Positions 13,601 to 28,600 of a stretch of 64,000 nt of DNA are shown in pieces. Numbering within the stretch: position 1 is the first letter of the stretch; every line of letters begins with the position of its first letter. Position numbers and translations under genes: made by a program. Source of the DNA: Mobula hypostoma (Eukaryota); NCBI RefSeq assembly GCF_963921235.1, contig NC_086102.1, positions 161,386,001 to 161,450,000 on the forward strand. The letters are read 5' to 3'. Below the pieces are notes generated by a model. The model had not been told where the DNA came from, searched no databases, and saw only the letters and a program-made list of their open reading frames with translations.

Positions 13601-16600
13601 TACAGTACTGGGTTGGTATTTTTACTTTTTCATTTTATAATGATCACTGAAATATTTAAAAGAAGATTGTGGGAGAAATAGTAATCTTTGATTTCCTACC
13701 ATGTGTTGGACAGATCGCATAGTTCCACCATCATTTAAAAGAAACTTAAAAAATACGGATGGCATCAAAACTTCTTTTGTTAAGATGGAATGCAAAATCT
13801 CTGGTTCTCTTCCAATGACTGTACTTTGGTATAAGGACAATGAAGAATTAACATCTAATGAAAAGCATAAGTTTTCTTACTATGATAACATTGCACAGCT
13901 GGAGATTCATCAACTAGAAATGACAGATGGTGGAAGCTACACTTGCAGAGCAACAAATTCTGCTGGAACTGATCAAAGTATTGGTGTCTTAACTGTGAAA
14001 GGTTCGAAATGTTGCATTCAATTGATTAATTGCTTAAGAATTAGATTGACTAATATCCTTCAGTTAACCAAGGCATAACTTTTATCCACGGCTTCCATTT
14101 AATTTACTGCATTAACAAACATGTTGAGAATGCATGTATTAGGTTTATGCTCTCTTATTTTGTGTGGGCACGTGGCCAAGTGGTTAAGGCATTCGTCTAG
14201 TGATCTAAAGGTCGCCAGTTCGAGCCTTAGCTGAGGCAGCGTGTTGTGTCCTTGAGCAAGGCACTTAACCACACATTGCTCTATGTCTGTGTGAGGAGTG
14301 GCACGCCACACAGTCTTTCGTTCAGCACCTTGTAAGGCATGAAAGTCCCCGACGCTGGCCTCCTAGGCCTGAGTCGACGATCCCCTCCCTCCTCTTATTT
14401 TAACATTTTATTTTCAGAAAAAGTACAATTTTCATTTACTTTTCTTGTGATAATGATTTGTCTTCCTCTTGAATTTTCAGAACCTCCTTATTTTACTCTG
14501 AAACCTTTGTCCCAGGATGTTATACCTGGTTCTAAAGTACAGTTTAGGAGTGTTATTGGTGGAACTCCTCCAATAACCATCAAATGGTTCAAGGACAAAA
14601 AGGAACTGGTGCCAAGTAGTTCACTTTACATTTCCAAAGAAGGTTCAACAAGTATGCTACAGCTCCATTCAGCAAAAATCTCTGATACTGGTGACTACAC
14701 TTGTCGAGTCAGCAATGAAGTTGGCAGTGAAACATGTGTGGCACATCTTTTTGTCAAAGGTGTGTTATTTCTAATGACTCTCTATAGCATTGTAAACTGT
14801 TTGAAAACAATCTTTATTTGAAGACCTTCTCATTGCTACAACATCTTTCTATTCAATCTGAGGCTTCCTTCAACATTAATACTAATTACTTTGTCTTACT
14901 TATGTTAGAACTATGAAAACTTTACCCTTTTATGTCTTCCATTGATTTAACTTCTTGTAATATAACCACATAATTCTTTTATGAGATTCTAAATTTGTAT
15001 TCACTTTGCATGTGTTATATAATATGATGGCCAAACTGAAGTGCTTGCACCATATGCTACCTTTGAAATCTGGTAGATCAGTTTCTAATTACATAATTTT
15101 AGCCAGCTTTTTAGTAGGCAAGGCACTGGAAAACAGTCAGGAATGTCTTATTTTTACAACTATTCCCTTGTTGGATAATGATTATAGGATAGAAAAGGTA
15201 TCAGTAATTAAGCACACCAATAATGGGGCGGCACGGTAGCATAGTGGTTAGCCCGACGCTTTACGGAACAGGCAACCTGGATTCACTTCCCACTGTTGCC
15301 TGTAAGGAGTTTGTATGTTCTCCTAGTGACTGCACGGGCTTCCTCCAAAGACTTATCAGTTGGTAGGTTAATTGGTCATTGTAAATTGTCCCATGATTAG
15401 ACTAGGATTAAATCGGGTGATTACTAGGCAGCATGGCTCGAACCTATTCCATGCTGTATGCCAATAAATAAATAAATAATGCTTAGCCTGTCCTCCCACA
15501 AAACCCCTTGATCTCTCTAGGTATGACCAAATGTTTTGGTGCTGTGGGTCCACTTTTCTAAGAAGCTTGGCTGTCGCACAAAGCGGAGTGGTTCAAAAAC
15601 ATCTCACGGTCCTCAATTTTTATTAATCTCTAATTTTAGACAATAGAAATTATAGTTAATGAGGAAGATATTGGAAATAAAAATTCCCATTGTTTTTTGA
15701 GAGAACACTGGCAACACAATGGATGGATTGCAGTATCAGTTGTTCAATGAATACAGAGGAAAAACATGATAAGTGATGTTAGGTGGTGCATATCATTGGT
15801 AGAAATTAAGTACAGAGCTAAGGTTTTCATTTGAATGGATATGCCAATAAATAGAGAAGAAGGCAGTTGCATAAAACAAGCATATAATCTGTGAAAAGTA
15901 ACCTAAAAGACTTATTTTGTTTGGAAACGAGTATTTGTTTGATTTTAGTTAGCTATTGATCTATTTTATAAAGGTGCTATTCACATATTTGACTGAACAT
16001 AGCTTTCTTAATATTCCAAAATGTGTCCTTTTTCAGATACCTTTATAAATATTAGTACAGTAAATTTTAAAATAATGATTGATGACAGATGAAATATTTT
16101 CTCGAAGCTATATACATACCACTTTATTAGGTGCCACCTGTATCTGATAAAATGGTCACTGAGTGCATGCTTGTGATCTACTGCTGTAGTTCAGCCATTT
16201 CAGATTTCAATGTGTTATGTGTGCAGAGAAGCTCTTCCACACACCACGATTGTAATGCCTGGTTATTTGAGATGCTTTTACTTTCCTGTCAGCTTGGATC
16301 AGTCTGGCCATTCTCTTCTAACCTCTCTCATTAACAAGGCATTTTTGCTCACAGAACTGCCACTTACTGGATGTTTTTTGATTTTTGCACAAATCTCTGT
16401 GGTGTGTGAAAATTCCAGATCGGTGGTTTCTGAGATATTCAAACCTTCCTGTCTGGCATCAACAATTATTCAAAGGTCAAAGTCACTTAGATCATCTTTC
16501 TTCCCCATTCTGAGGTTAGGCCGAACAACAACAGAACCTCTTGACTATTTCTGCATGCTTTTATGCATTAAGTTACTGCCACATGATTGGTTAATTAGAT

Positions 16601-19600
16601 ATTTGCATAAACAAGCAGGTGTACCTGATAAAGTGGCCTGAATATTTGTGTATACCATCAAAGACTTGCTAATCCTCTTTAATTATGCATAAAATCTTTA
16701 AAAAATTTTCTCATTCTGTTCATTACATTTTGGTTTATAGAGCCTCCAAGCTTCATTCAGAAGCCGGATCGTACAACATTATTGAAGAAGGGAAGTTCTA
16801 CATCTCTTGAGTGCTCAGTAATTGGTACACCTGAGATCAAAATAACTTGGTACAAGCAAGAAAGTGAAATTCTCCCAAGTGATAAATTCAGGATGTTATT
16901 TGTCGATTCAAAACCTGTGCTTGAGCTTACTAATGTCAATGTGGAAGACAGTGGTCAATATACTTGTAGAGCAGAAAATGAAGCTGGCTTTGACAACTGC
17001 AGCGTTACAATTACTGTTAAAGGTGTGTGACCACAAAATGTAAAAGAGCTATAGAGTAAGCAACACAGAAGTAGGCCCTTTGGCTCGACTCATCTATATC
17101 CTGTTTGACCAACCCCTCTCAATTTTTCTTATCCATGTAGCTGTCCAAGAGTTTTAAATGTTGTTGCCTTAAGGCTGATTTATACTTGTGCGTACTACCT
17201 TACGCCGTGGCCCACGCAAGTGGGCTGTGCTGTTGTGACCATTTATACTTGTGTGTTGGTGTGTCTGCGTCGCTCTGCAATTTACTGCCAAAATGCTAGT
17301 TGGCGGTGGGGTTTCTAAGCCACTGTGTTGAGTTTCTTCATATTGAAACTCAAGACGAAGAAACTCAAACTTCAAACAATGGCGACTGAAACTGAAGGAG
17401 GGTGAATTTTCTGTGCTTGTCCGGCCACTGAGAGACATGGATGAGGAAATGCATTTCAAATATTTTCAGATGTCAGCAGGTAGATTTGATGATTTGGTGC
17501 ATCGTCTCCAACCATTTATTTCGCATCAGCGTACGCACAGTATACTCAGAGACTGGCAATCACCATTCGAGTTTTAGTTTCAGGTGGAAGTCAACAGGCT
17601 GTAGCAGCTAGCTACAAACTGCCATCAAGCACAGGGTCCTCCTTAATTTCGGAGGTCTGTAAAGCTTTATGGAAAGCATTGCAGCCAGAGTTCCTTCCCT
17701 GTCCTTCAGTCGCCCAATGGGAAGCTATTGCAGCGTAGGAAGGAATGGGATGCTACCAAGCGGTCCAATCACAGTTGTTGCAGTCTGCATCACCGCGACG
17801 CATAGTTACATTTTTGGGGAGGTGCGCGTCAGACTACGGCATAGGGTAGGGTGTAGGGTACGTGGCTATGCGGTACCTACGATGTCAATTTGACGCACAA
17901 GTATAAATTGGCCTTTAGTCATTTCTTCTGGCAGTTCATTCTACATACACACTGCCCTCTGCGTGAAGAGGTTGCCTCTCAGGCTCTTTAAGAACTATCC
18001 CCTCTCATTTTAAATCTATATCCTATGGTTTTTTTATTCACTTTTACTATGAAAAAGACTATGTACATTCACTCTATCTATACCCGTCATAATTTTATAT
18101 AGCTCTATAAGGTTACTGTTGAGTTTCCTGCACTCTAGGGAATAAAGTCCTAGCCTGAAGATCTCTCCTTCTATTGTAAGTCAGGCCCTAAGGTATTGAC
18201 AGCATTCTTCTTTGCAGTCTTTCCAGCTTAATGACATCATTCCTATAACTGTACACAGTACCCCAGGTAGAGCCTCACCAATGTTTTGTTTCAATTCCTG
18301 TCTCACGTGCCCTGACTGAGGAAGACCAACATGGAAAATGTCTTATTCACCACCCAGTATCCCTGTGACAAACGTATATGTACTCCTCAGTCCCTTTGTT
18401 CTCCAATACATACGAGAGTCCTAACGTTTATTATGAAAGTCCTACTCGAATTTCACTTCTCAAAATATCTCATATTTAGTTACCTGGTTGATAACCTATT
18501 TTGCTGACTACAATACCACCCATTTAAAGTCATCTGCAAACTTACTGACCATGCCTTGTACATTCTCATCTAAATTGTTTATATGAATGACAAACAACAA
18601 TAGATGCAACACCATTCATAGTGTTTAACACTAGTCACAGGCCTTTGGTTTAAAAAATTAATTTGTATCATCGCCCCTGCCTCCTACCATCATGTCAATT
18701 ATGTATCCACTTAGCTAACTCACCCAGGATTTCATGCGATCTAATCTTCCGTACTGATGTTCCAGATAGGACCTTGTCAAAGGTCTTGCTTAAGTCCATA
18801 TAGACAATATCAACCAACTCCCCTGTTCTCATCAATTCTCTAAGTTACCTCTTCGAAAATCTTAATAGACTTTAATGAAGGAGTTTTGAAAACTTATTTT
18901 CCAGTGATATTTCTTTTTTGCTTGGTATCTTAACTTTTGTTCTTCCTTTTTTTCAAAGAACCTCCTTCTTTTAGCAAGAAACTGGAACCTATGGAGACAG
19001 TGAAAGGAAATGATGTCAGTCTTGAATGTGGAATTGCTGGTTCAGGTCCATTTGATGCCACTTGGTATAAAGACAATAAGCAGATTCAGTCAAGTATAAA
19101 ATTCAAGCTGACAACTGGAAAATCTTTAACAAGTCTTTTTATTCAGAATGTTGATAATTCAGATGCTGGTGAATACCGGTGTGAAGTAACAAATGACGTG
19201 GGAAGTTGTTCTTGTGCTGCAGTGGTCAAATTAAAAGGTCAGTTACCAAAGGCCACATTTTATCTCTTTTGATAATTTCAGTAATCCCATTCATTCTCAC
19301 TTGGCTTTATGACTGTAGCATCACAAAGTTACTGAACGTCTGATTCTTATCTCTAATTGATACAATTCTTAACTCTAAACCAGAACCACCTTTCTTCATG
19401 AAAAGGATTGAAAATGTTACAACATTATCTGGAAATTCTGCCACTTTTAATAGCCAAATAGAAGGCTCATCTCCCATATTTATCACATGGATGAAGGACA
19501 AAGAAGAAATCAGAGAAGATGACAATATTAATATATCTTTTGAGGACAGTATTGCTGTACTGCACATTGTTTCTGTTGAATCATATCACAGTGGAAAGTA

Positions 19601-22600
19601 CGCCTGTCAGGCTAGGAATGATGCAGGAACTGAGAAGTGTTTTGCAACCTTGTCAGTAACAGGTTGGTATAATGCACTTGACCTTCGTGAATCTCAGTAA
19701 TTTGTTCATTAGTAAGAGGTAAAACATTTTTTAACTTAATCCATTGAGAAAATACGGTTTTCCTTTCAGAACCTGCACAAATCCTAGAGAAACCAGAGCC
19801 TTTAAGTGTAACTTCAGGAACAATGGCAATCTTGGAATGTGTTGTTGCTGGTACTCCAGAGCTAAAAGTTAGATGGTTCAAGAATCAAGAAGAATTGACA
19901 TCTAGTAGGAAATATAAAGTGACATTTGTGAACAAAGTGGCAGCCCTAAAGATACAATCTGTTGATAAGGATGATAGTGGAGAATATGCTTTTGAAGTAC
20001 AGAATGAGTTTGGACACAGCAGCTGCACAACTTCGTTGACAGTACTAGGTTGGTTTTATTGTAATGTCTTAAATCCATTAATAGTACGTATTAAAACAGT
20101 AGCTGAAAGGGTACAATATAATTACAACATAGTTGGACTAAGAAGGTTATAATTTTAAGTGTTCTGAACTTGAAATTATGTATTCAACATATTGTCTTCT
20201 AAATATACGCAATTGGTTATGAACAGAATAATCAGTACCTTCATGATTGTGTCTCATCATCCAGTTGTTATGGAGTGGAGTATGTATCTACTGCTGAATA
20301 GTCCATAGTATTATAATGAGGTACTAGTATATAATGCAATCAGAATTTACATTGCATTATGTTATAGATCATCTAATTTTGCCATAGAAATGGAAAGTGT
20401 CAGCACTTCCACCTCTTACATTTTAACTCCATTACCATCCAATTTCTATGAATGAGGATGAATAAAAATCTTATTCTTGATGTTTCCGCTGATAAGCTTT
20501 CTTTTTTGTTCCGTGTTGTATAGATCGAATAATTGCTCCAACTTTTACTAAAAGTTTAAAGAAAATGGATAATATATTAGGAGCTTTGATGCACATGGAG
20601 TGCAAAGTATCTGGTTCACTTCCAATCAGCATTTCTTGGTATAAAGATAACACAGAAATAATGGCTGATCACAAATACAAAATGTCTTTTGAAGAAAATA
20701 CAGCATTTTTGGAGATTAACGAACTTGAAATCAGAGATGGTGGAAACTACTCTTGCAAAGCAACAAATGCTGCTGGAAGTAGTAAATGCAGTGGATCTCT
20801 AACTATAAAAGGTTTGAAGATATACTCACCTTAATCCACTTTTGTTTAAAGACGCATCAAATACTGATTTTCTGGTTAAAAGGGTGCTAGCTAATAGCAG
20901 AAGTTCCAGAATCTGTTTAAGTACTGGTAAGTTCAAATGTTATGTTCATTCTGCCTCTCGACTTCATATGAAGTTGGACTGAACACGAGATTTGAACTCC
21001 ATTATTTCAAATGGTTTTGTAAGGCTTTGGATTAGAAGGCAAATTGGCCTTGATTAAACTTGCCTATTTAATTTTAACTGAACATTGTTAATTTATTGCC
21101 TAAATCTTTTAATTGCAATATATTTTAAACTTAATTGTTTTAATAGCTTAAAGTTATTAAAATCATCCTCACAGCTTTTACAGCTGGCTGAGTTGCAGAC
21201 TGGGCTTTGCTGCCTGTTAAAGCATAACTGTCAGCTATCATTCCAGACCAGGGGTTCCCAACTTTTTTTTATGCCGTGGAGCCCTGCCATTAACCGAGGG
21301 GCCACAGACCTCAGGTTGGGTATCCCTGTTCTAGATCATGCCAGTGGATACGTATGGAAACTTAGGTGTGGGGGTCCATATCAGGAAAATTTCACCCAAT
21401 ATTATATTTTTCTTAATTTTCTGTAACAATGTAGATAAATTATATATATTTAAACTTCCTAAAGTATTTTGAAGTCATCTATTTCAATGACAGAGTGCTG
21501 GAGTAGTATAAATAATTATAGAAGTTTTAGTATTTTTACTTCTGAAAATACTAAAAAAACATTATTTTTCTCAAATGAATTTTAGAACCGCCAAGCTTTA
21601 TAGAAAAACCGATGTCCCAAGAGATTGTACTTGGTTCTACACTACAGTTTAAAAGCATTGTGAAAGGAACTCCTCCATTGTTTATCAAGTGGATTAAGGA
21701 TAATAAGGAGCTGAAACCTGCCCCAAGATGTTCCATTTGGAATGAAGAAACAACATACTTCCTCGAGCTAATTTCAACCAAAACTTCTGATGCTGGTGTT
21801 TACAGCTGTCAACTCACTAATGAAGCTGGTTCAGTCATTAGTACTGCAAATGTATTCATTAAAGGTTTGTGTTTATTGTTAATCTTAATTGTAATTTAAT
21901 GTTGTGTGTCATTTTTGACACTGTGATATACTTTTGCATTCTTAAACTCGCAGAAGAGTGACTCTTACCGAAAGGTTATTATTTCTTCTCTTTTCTTAAC
22001 CTTATTTACTATGCCAAATTTGTCTAATTTTAACTATATTTAAGTTTCCTACATTTCATTTCTCAGAACCTCCAAACTTTGTTACAACGCCACCTTCGTC
22101 AACATCTCTGAAACAAGGAGAATTTGCACGTTTTGAGTGCAAAATTACTGGTACACCTGAAATCACAGTAACATGGTATAGAAATAACCAGGAAATTAGA
22201 ACCAGTGACAAGTATAGGATGTCATTTCAAAACTCATTGGCTGTTCTTGAGATTGCTGATGTAAGAGTGGAAAACAGTGGGGATTATTCTTGTGAAGCCC
22301 AGAATGATGCTGGCATTAACAGCTGCAACTTTGTGATTCAGGTTAAAGGTGTGTAAGTAAACAGTACTTTAAAGGGAGATTGAGAACTTTGGCATATGAC
22401 TGTTTTCTAAGCCACATTGTTATGTTTTACTTTTTAGAACCTCCCTCATTTACAAAGAAACTTGAATCTATTGAGATAATTAAAGCTAGCAATGTTACTC
22501 TTGAATGTGAGATGACTGGTACAGCTCCATTTGAAGTTTCGTGGTATAAGGACAATAAACAAATTCGTCGCAGCAAAAAGTACAAAATGATCTCAGACAA

Positions 22601-25600
22601 TTTGTTAGCCAGTCTTTACATTGTAACACCTGATATTACGGATATTGGCGAATACAAGTGTACTGTAAAAAATGATGTGGGAAGTTGCTCATGCAGTTCT
22701 ACAGTCAGGTTGAAAGGTCAGTTAATGTGTTTCTGGGAGCATATTTGGCTTCTGCAATTTGAAACAATGTTCAGTTATTTATGGAAAAAAACTACCTTTT
22801 AGATTAAAGCATTTCTACACAATAATGAAAAGCTAAAATTAAAACTCATTTTTGTATAACTATTTGTTTTAAATTAGAACCCCCAAGATTTATAAAGAAG
22901 ATTGAAAATATGACCATATTGTCAGGTAATTCAGTTGTATTCCAATGTCAAGTAAAAGGCTCAAAGCCTATTTACGTAACTTGGATGAAAGATAGAAGTG
23001 AACTCCAAGAAGATGGTAATATTGCTTTGTCTTTTGAGAATAATATTGCTACTCTTCAAATAAATGCTGTTGGAGAAAATCATGCTGGGAAGTATACGTG
23101 CCAGGTCCAGAATGATGCAGGAACTGAGCAGTGTTTTGCCACTTTGTTGGTAGCAGGTTAGTTAATTGTTTGGCCTCCATTTTAATTAATAGTGGATTCA
23201 GATTTTTTTTAACCATGAATCAACTGAAATGAATTAATGCAAGTCATGTATTGAAGAGATTTCTTTTCCCTCATAGAACCAGCAAAAATCACAGAACAAG
23301 CACAGTCACTCAGAGTGACAGCAGGAAATGCAGCAAACCTGGAATGTACTGTAACTGGTACACGAGAACTAACAGTTAAATGTTTTAAGGATGGTAATGA
23401 AATGGTGTCCAGTAGAAAACACAGGATCAGCATTGAGCATAATGTGGTCAGCCTAAAGATTCCTTCTGTTTCTAATGAAGACACTGGGGAATATACTTTT
23501 GAAGTCAAGAATCAGTTTGGAACCAGCAGCTGTAAAGCTTCGTTGACAGTATTAGGTTGGTGTTTTGCTTGCAATTTGAATTTGATTATGAAATTATGTT
23601 CACATTAATCATCAGCAAATATAAAAGCTGTAGGCATTTTTGCATATGCAATAGGATTAAGATTTTTGCCAAATTTAGTGTGCTGGCTAGGTTTTGTCTC
23701 TCTCCAGGCAGCAAGGCTATTGTACCTGGTATTCTCAGATGGTTTTCATTCAATCGTTGATTAACCCTGAGCTTCTTAACTGGGTACTCCCAGGCAATAC
23801 ACGAGGATGCTCCAGATTCTAGCATCTGCGCTCTCTCTTGTTTTCATAATGATGCTGGTATATTATTTCCCATATAATATCCCAATTCTGCAGGGAAATA
23901 CTGGTGATTCCTTTTATAATTGCCAACCTTTTTAATGTGTAATTATCAGTAACTTAGTGATTTCCACGCAAGTCTTCATGTTGTGGGTTAACAATGCAGC
24001 CAAATTTTATAGTGTGCTATTTGTGCTACGTGCCCAGAGACAGGGAGAATGTGTCTCCATTCAGGAAGGGAAACATGAATAATAATGGAAATTTTAGACT
24101 GGTGAGTCTCATGTCAGTGGTGGGGCAGTTACTGGAGAGGGTTCTTAGAGATAGGACTTATGAATAATTAGAAAACTATGGCCTAGTAAGGAACAGTCAA
24201 CATGTTTGTATGCAGAAAAACATGTCTTACTAACCTAATTTTTTTAAAGAGGCAATGAAGGTGATTGATGAAAGCAGAACTTTGAATGTTGTCTGCATGG
24301 ATTTCAGAAAGGTGTTTGACAGTATTTTATATGTATATATTAATAAAAATCTGGATGAAAATATAGATGGATGAGTTAGTGAGGTTTCAGTTTAATGAAG
24401 ATTGGTGGTGTTGTGGATAGTGTAAAAGAACGACAAAGGATAGAATGAGATATAACCCAGTTGCGGATGTGGGTGGATAAATGGCAGATGGACTTTAACC
24501 CAGCTGTGGTATTAACTGTGGTATTGCACCTTAAGAGATCAAGTGTAAAGTGACAGTACACTGTCAATGGCAAGACCCTTAACAGTGTTGATAAGTAGAG
24601 AGATCTTGGAGTTCAAAGTTATAGCTCTCTGAAAGAGGCTGCACAGATTGATATGGTGATAAAGAAGGCATTTGGTATGCTTGCAGGGCAAATAATTTAC
24701 ACACTAACTGGTGGGTGCCCAGGATACTCTGCCTGGGTTGTGGTGGAGGCAAATGCAATAAAAGTATTCAGGAGGTTCTTAGATAGACACATGAATGTAC
24801 AGGAAATGGAAGGATATGGACATTGTGTAGGTAGAAGAGATTAATTTAGTCATGCGTTTGATTACTAATTTAATTCATTTGGCACATCATTGTGCCTGAG
24901 GGGCCACATTTTGTGTTGTACTATTCTACATTCTCTATTTTTTGTTTTATAAATTCATTGGAATAAAAAGGTCTTGTCAAAGACTAAAGTCAGTAAAGAT
25001 TGTTTAAATTTATTAATTTTGAGTATATTAGGCATTTAAACTTTTAAAGCTTTTTAAACATTTAAAATATTTAATAGTTTAAAAGTTTGAAATGCTCTTT
25101 AATAACTTTTGAGTATATCTGATTCTATGTGTCTCAGAATCATTCAGAAGATTTCAGTGTCCAATAGCAGAAGGCACTTGCTAAGCCATTTCACCAACAG
25201 GAGAAAATCTGCAGATGCTGGAGATCCAAAGCGACACACACAAAATGCTGGAGAAACTCAGCAGGCCAGGCAGTATCTGTGGAAAAGAGTAAATAGTCTC
25301 TTTTACAGATGCTGCCTGGCTTGCTGAGTTCCACCAGCATTTTGTGTCTGTTGCTTTGGTAAGCAAAGTATATGGCATAGGCATTTGTCAATTTTTTGGG
25401 GTATTTTCAGTGGATCAGGGTGTTTTGTCCCATTGTCGCATGTGATACCATTTTATCACCATAGCCTTGCTGTCATGAAGAATGTTGCTACGATGGAATC
25501 AGCTAATACTTTGTGAGAGAGCTGCATTAGAATGTGACATATTAGTTACCGATAAGGATGGTCATTGATGATTGAAAAATCTATGTTCCATAACTGTGGA

Positions 25601-28600
25601 AGAATGCACAGCAGCTTTATTAGGACTTTTTGGTATATTTCTGAATATTCACTAAAAGTACAACCTAATGAACACAATTTTTTTTTGGGAACAAAAAGCA
25701 CAATGAATTTTATTCATTTAAAGCATTTGCTGTTTGAATTGATCAGCTATGCTTTTGGTATCTTGGACAGATCAACTAATTCCCCCAGTGTTTACACGGA
25801 AATTACGGAAAATGGACAGTGTTTTAGGATCATCTGTACAAATGGAATGCAAAGTTTCTGGTTCTCTTCCAATGAGCTTCTCATGGTATAAGGATGGCAT
25901 TTTAATAATGACTAGTGAAAAATATAAAATATTATCTCAAGATAACACAACAACTTTGGAAGTCAATCAACTAGAGCTTTCAGATCGTGGAATTTACGTT
26001 TGCAAAGCAGCCAATTCAGTGGGAAGTGATGAATGCAGTGGTTTCTTAAATGTAACAGGTTTGAAAGTTGAATTTGCTTTCAATTCAATTTATATCTTTA
26101 TTGTATTTATCCACTTATTTAATTTTTTTATTTTTGCCTCTTACTCAATAGAAAAGTAATATACCTACATGCTTCAAATTTGATTGGAATTTATTGTAAT
26201 TTCTTATTTCAATTTTGAGCTCTTGTATTTCTTGACATACAGTACAATGCGGTGTAAATGATGTACTGTTGGAATTCAATGTTTTTTTTCACCTGACTTT
26301 CAGAGCCTCCAAGTTTTATAGAAAAACCATTGGCCCAGGAAAGCTTACCTGGCTCAACGGTGCAGTTTAGAAGTGTTGTGAAAGGAACTGCTCCACTAAC
26401 TATAAAATGGCTGAAGGATGGCAGGGAACTGATGTCTGGAGCTGATTATTTCATTTTAAGTGAAAGCTCAACAAGTTTACTTGAGCTGTTTTCAGCCAAA
26501 GTTTCTGATTCTGGTGACTATATTTGTGAAGTGAGCAACAAAGTGGGCAGTGCCTCTTGTGCGGCAAGACTCTTTATAAAAGGTGTGCAATATGTTTGTA
26601 TTCGTTTAATTGTTGTGGGATGGTTTTAAATGTACAATCTATTTACATAGTGTGTAGGAGCCTTTCCTTGATCTGCTACATAACTTTCTCTTTGATATTT
26701 TTAATGTTAATTTTGTGTGAAGTGTTGTCTTTCTTTGTTCATCTTAATGTTTCATGTATCTCATTCTTTGTGCTGAATAGAATTGTTTGGGACTTCTGTA
26801 TGTCTAGCTAAACTAACAATGTTATTTCCACAGAGCCTCCATATTTTATTATGAGGTTAGAACCAACAGCAATTTTCAGAAAAGGAGAGACAGCAAGTTT
26901 TGAGTGTAAAATAACCGGCACACCAGAAATTAAAGTAACTTGGTTCAAGAATCATCATGAAATCTGTGCCAGCGAAAAATATGAAATATCATTTATTGAT
27001 TCTGTGGCATTCTTGGAGATTACTGATGTAAGCTTGGATGACAGTGGTAATTATACCTGTGAAGCCCAAAATGAAGCTGGCACTGAAACTTGTGACATGA
27101 CAGTTACAGTTAAAGGTGTGCATAAACTCTTTATTACATTTAATCATTAGTCCATCAGCTTTGTGAGTCATGTTGCAACCTATATTTAATTAAGGATTAA
27201 TGAGGTCCCTATCATAAGAAGCTGATTCTTCTACATTTTGAATTGGCCAATACACTTACCATTTGATTGCCACGTGAATTTTGATTTTACTAGTCCATAA
27301 AATAAAATATAAACATTTTTCAGTGATTATCAGTGGAACGCTGCTAAAGCAGACCAGATTTTTCTGTTGGAGGCTTGGCATATTTTAAGAGCTATGGATA
27401 TCACATCCAAGAACCTTGAGGCCTGATGAGGTCACAAATTCTCTTTCTTCATCTGATCCCTTAAGACATAGGAGCAGAATTAGGCTATTTAATTTAGGCT
27501 ATGGGTATGACCATGGCTGATTCATCTTCCTTCTCAACCCCATTCTCCTGACTTCTCCCAATAACTTTTGATATTCTTACTAATCAAAAACCTATCAACT
27601 TCCACTTTAAATATACCTGATGACATGGCCATTGGTGACAATGAATTCTGCAGATTTACCACCCACCGGCTAAAGACATTTCTCTTCATCTCTGATCTAA
27701 AGGGATGTCTTTGAATTCTGAGGTTGTGCCCTCTGATGATACACTTTTCTACTATTGGAAACATCCTTTCCACATCCACTCTATCTAGTCTCTTCAATAT
27801 TTAGTTACTGTCAATGAGATACCCCTTTGTTCTACTAAACTCCAATGAGTGCAGGCCCAGAGGCATCAAATGCTTCTTATATGTTAACCCCTTCATGCCC
27901 AGGATTATTCTTACAAACCTCCTCTTGACCCTCTCCAGTGTCAGCATATCCTTTCTTAGATATGGGGCCCAAAACTTCTCACAATACTTGAAATGTGGTC
28001 TGACCAATGCCTTATAAATTCCAGTATGAGCCATAGAGCCATAACAAACAAAACAGGCCCTTCAGCCAAGCATCAAGCATGTATCTCTACTAATCCCATT
28101 TAAATGTAGTTGATCCTTAGCTTTCTTGTTACTTATCATGGTATGAGTATACAGTATATCTTTATCATCCAGTTAGTTTGTGTGTTCCATATTCCATCCA
28201 CTCTCTGGATGAAAAGGTTTTTTCTCAGATCTTCTCTAAAAGTCTTATTCCTTTTCCTAAACCTATGCCTCTGATACCTCTGCTATGTGAAATACTTCCT
28301 TCTATCTATCACTATCAATGCCCATCATAATTTTGTACATCTTTATCAGGATCCACTTCTCAGCTTATGCTATAAGGAAAGCAAGACCCTTTACGATCCG
28401 GCCTTTCCTCTGAATGGAAATACTCCATCCTCTTATATTTATTTTATAGTCCTATCACATTATATAATATACCTCCATGCTCTTTTATTACATGCCTCAG
28501 CTACTGAAAGTAAACATTCCATTTGCCTTCTTCACTGGCTTATCCACATGTTTGGGTCCTTATACTTGTACATTGGCATCTCTCTATTTTCCATACTCCT

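Noticed and set aside
14165-14240. tRNA gene
   Set aside because: A and B boxes are present, but the sequence continues into a CORE-like SINE body and is flanked by a TSD, so it is a SINE head.
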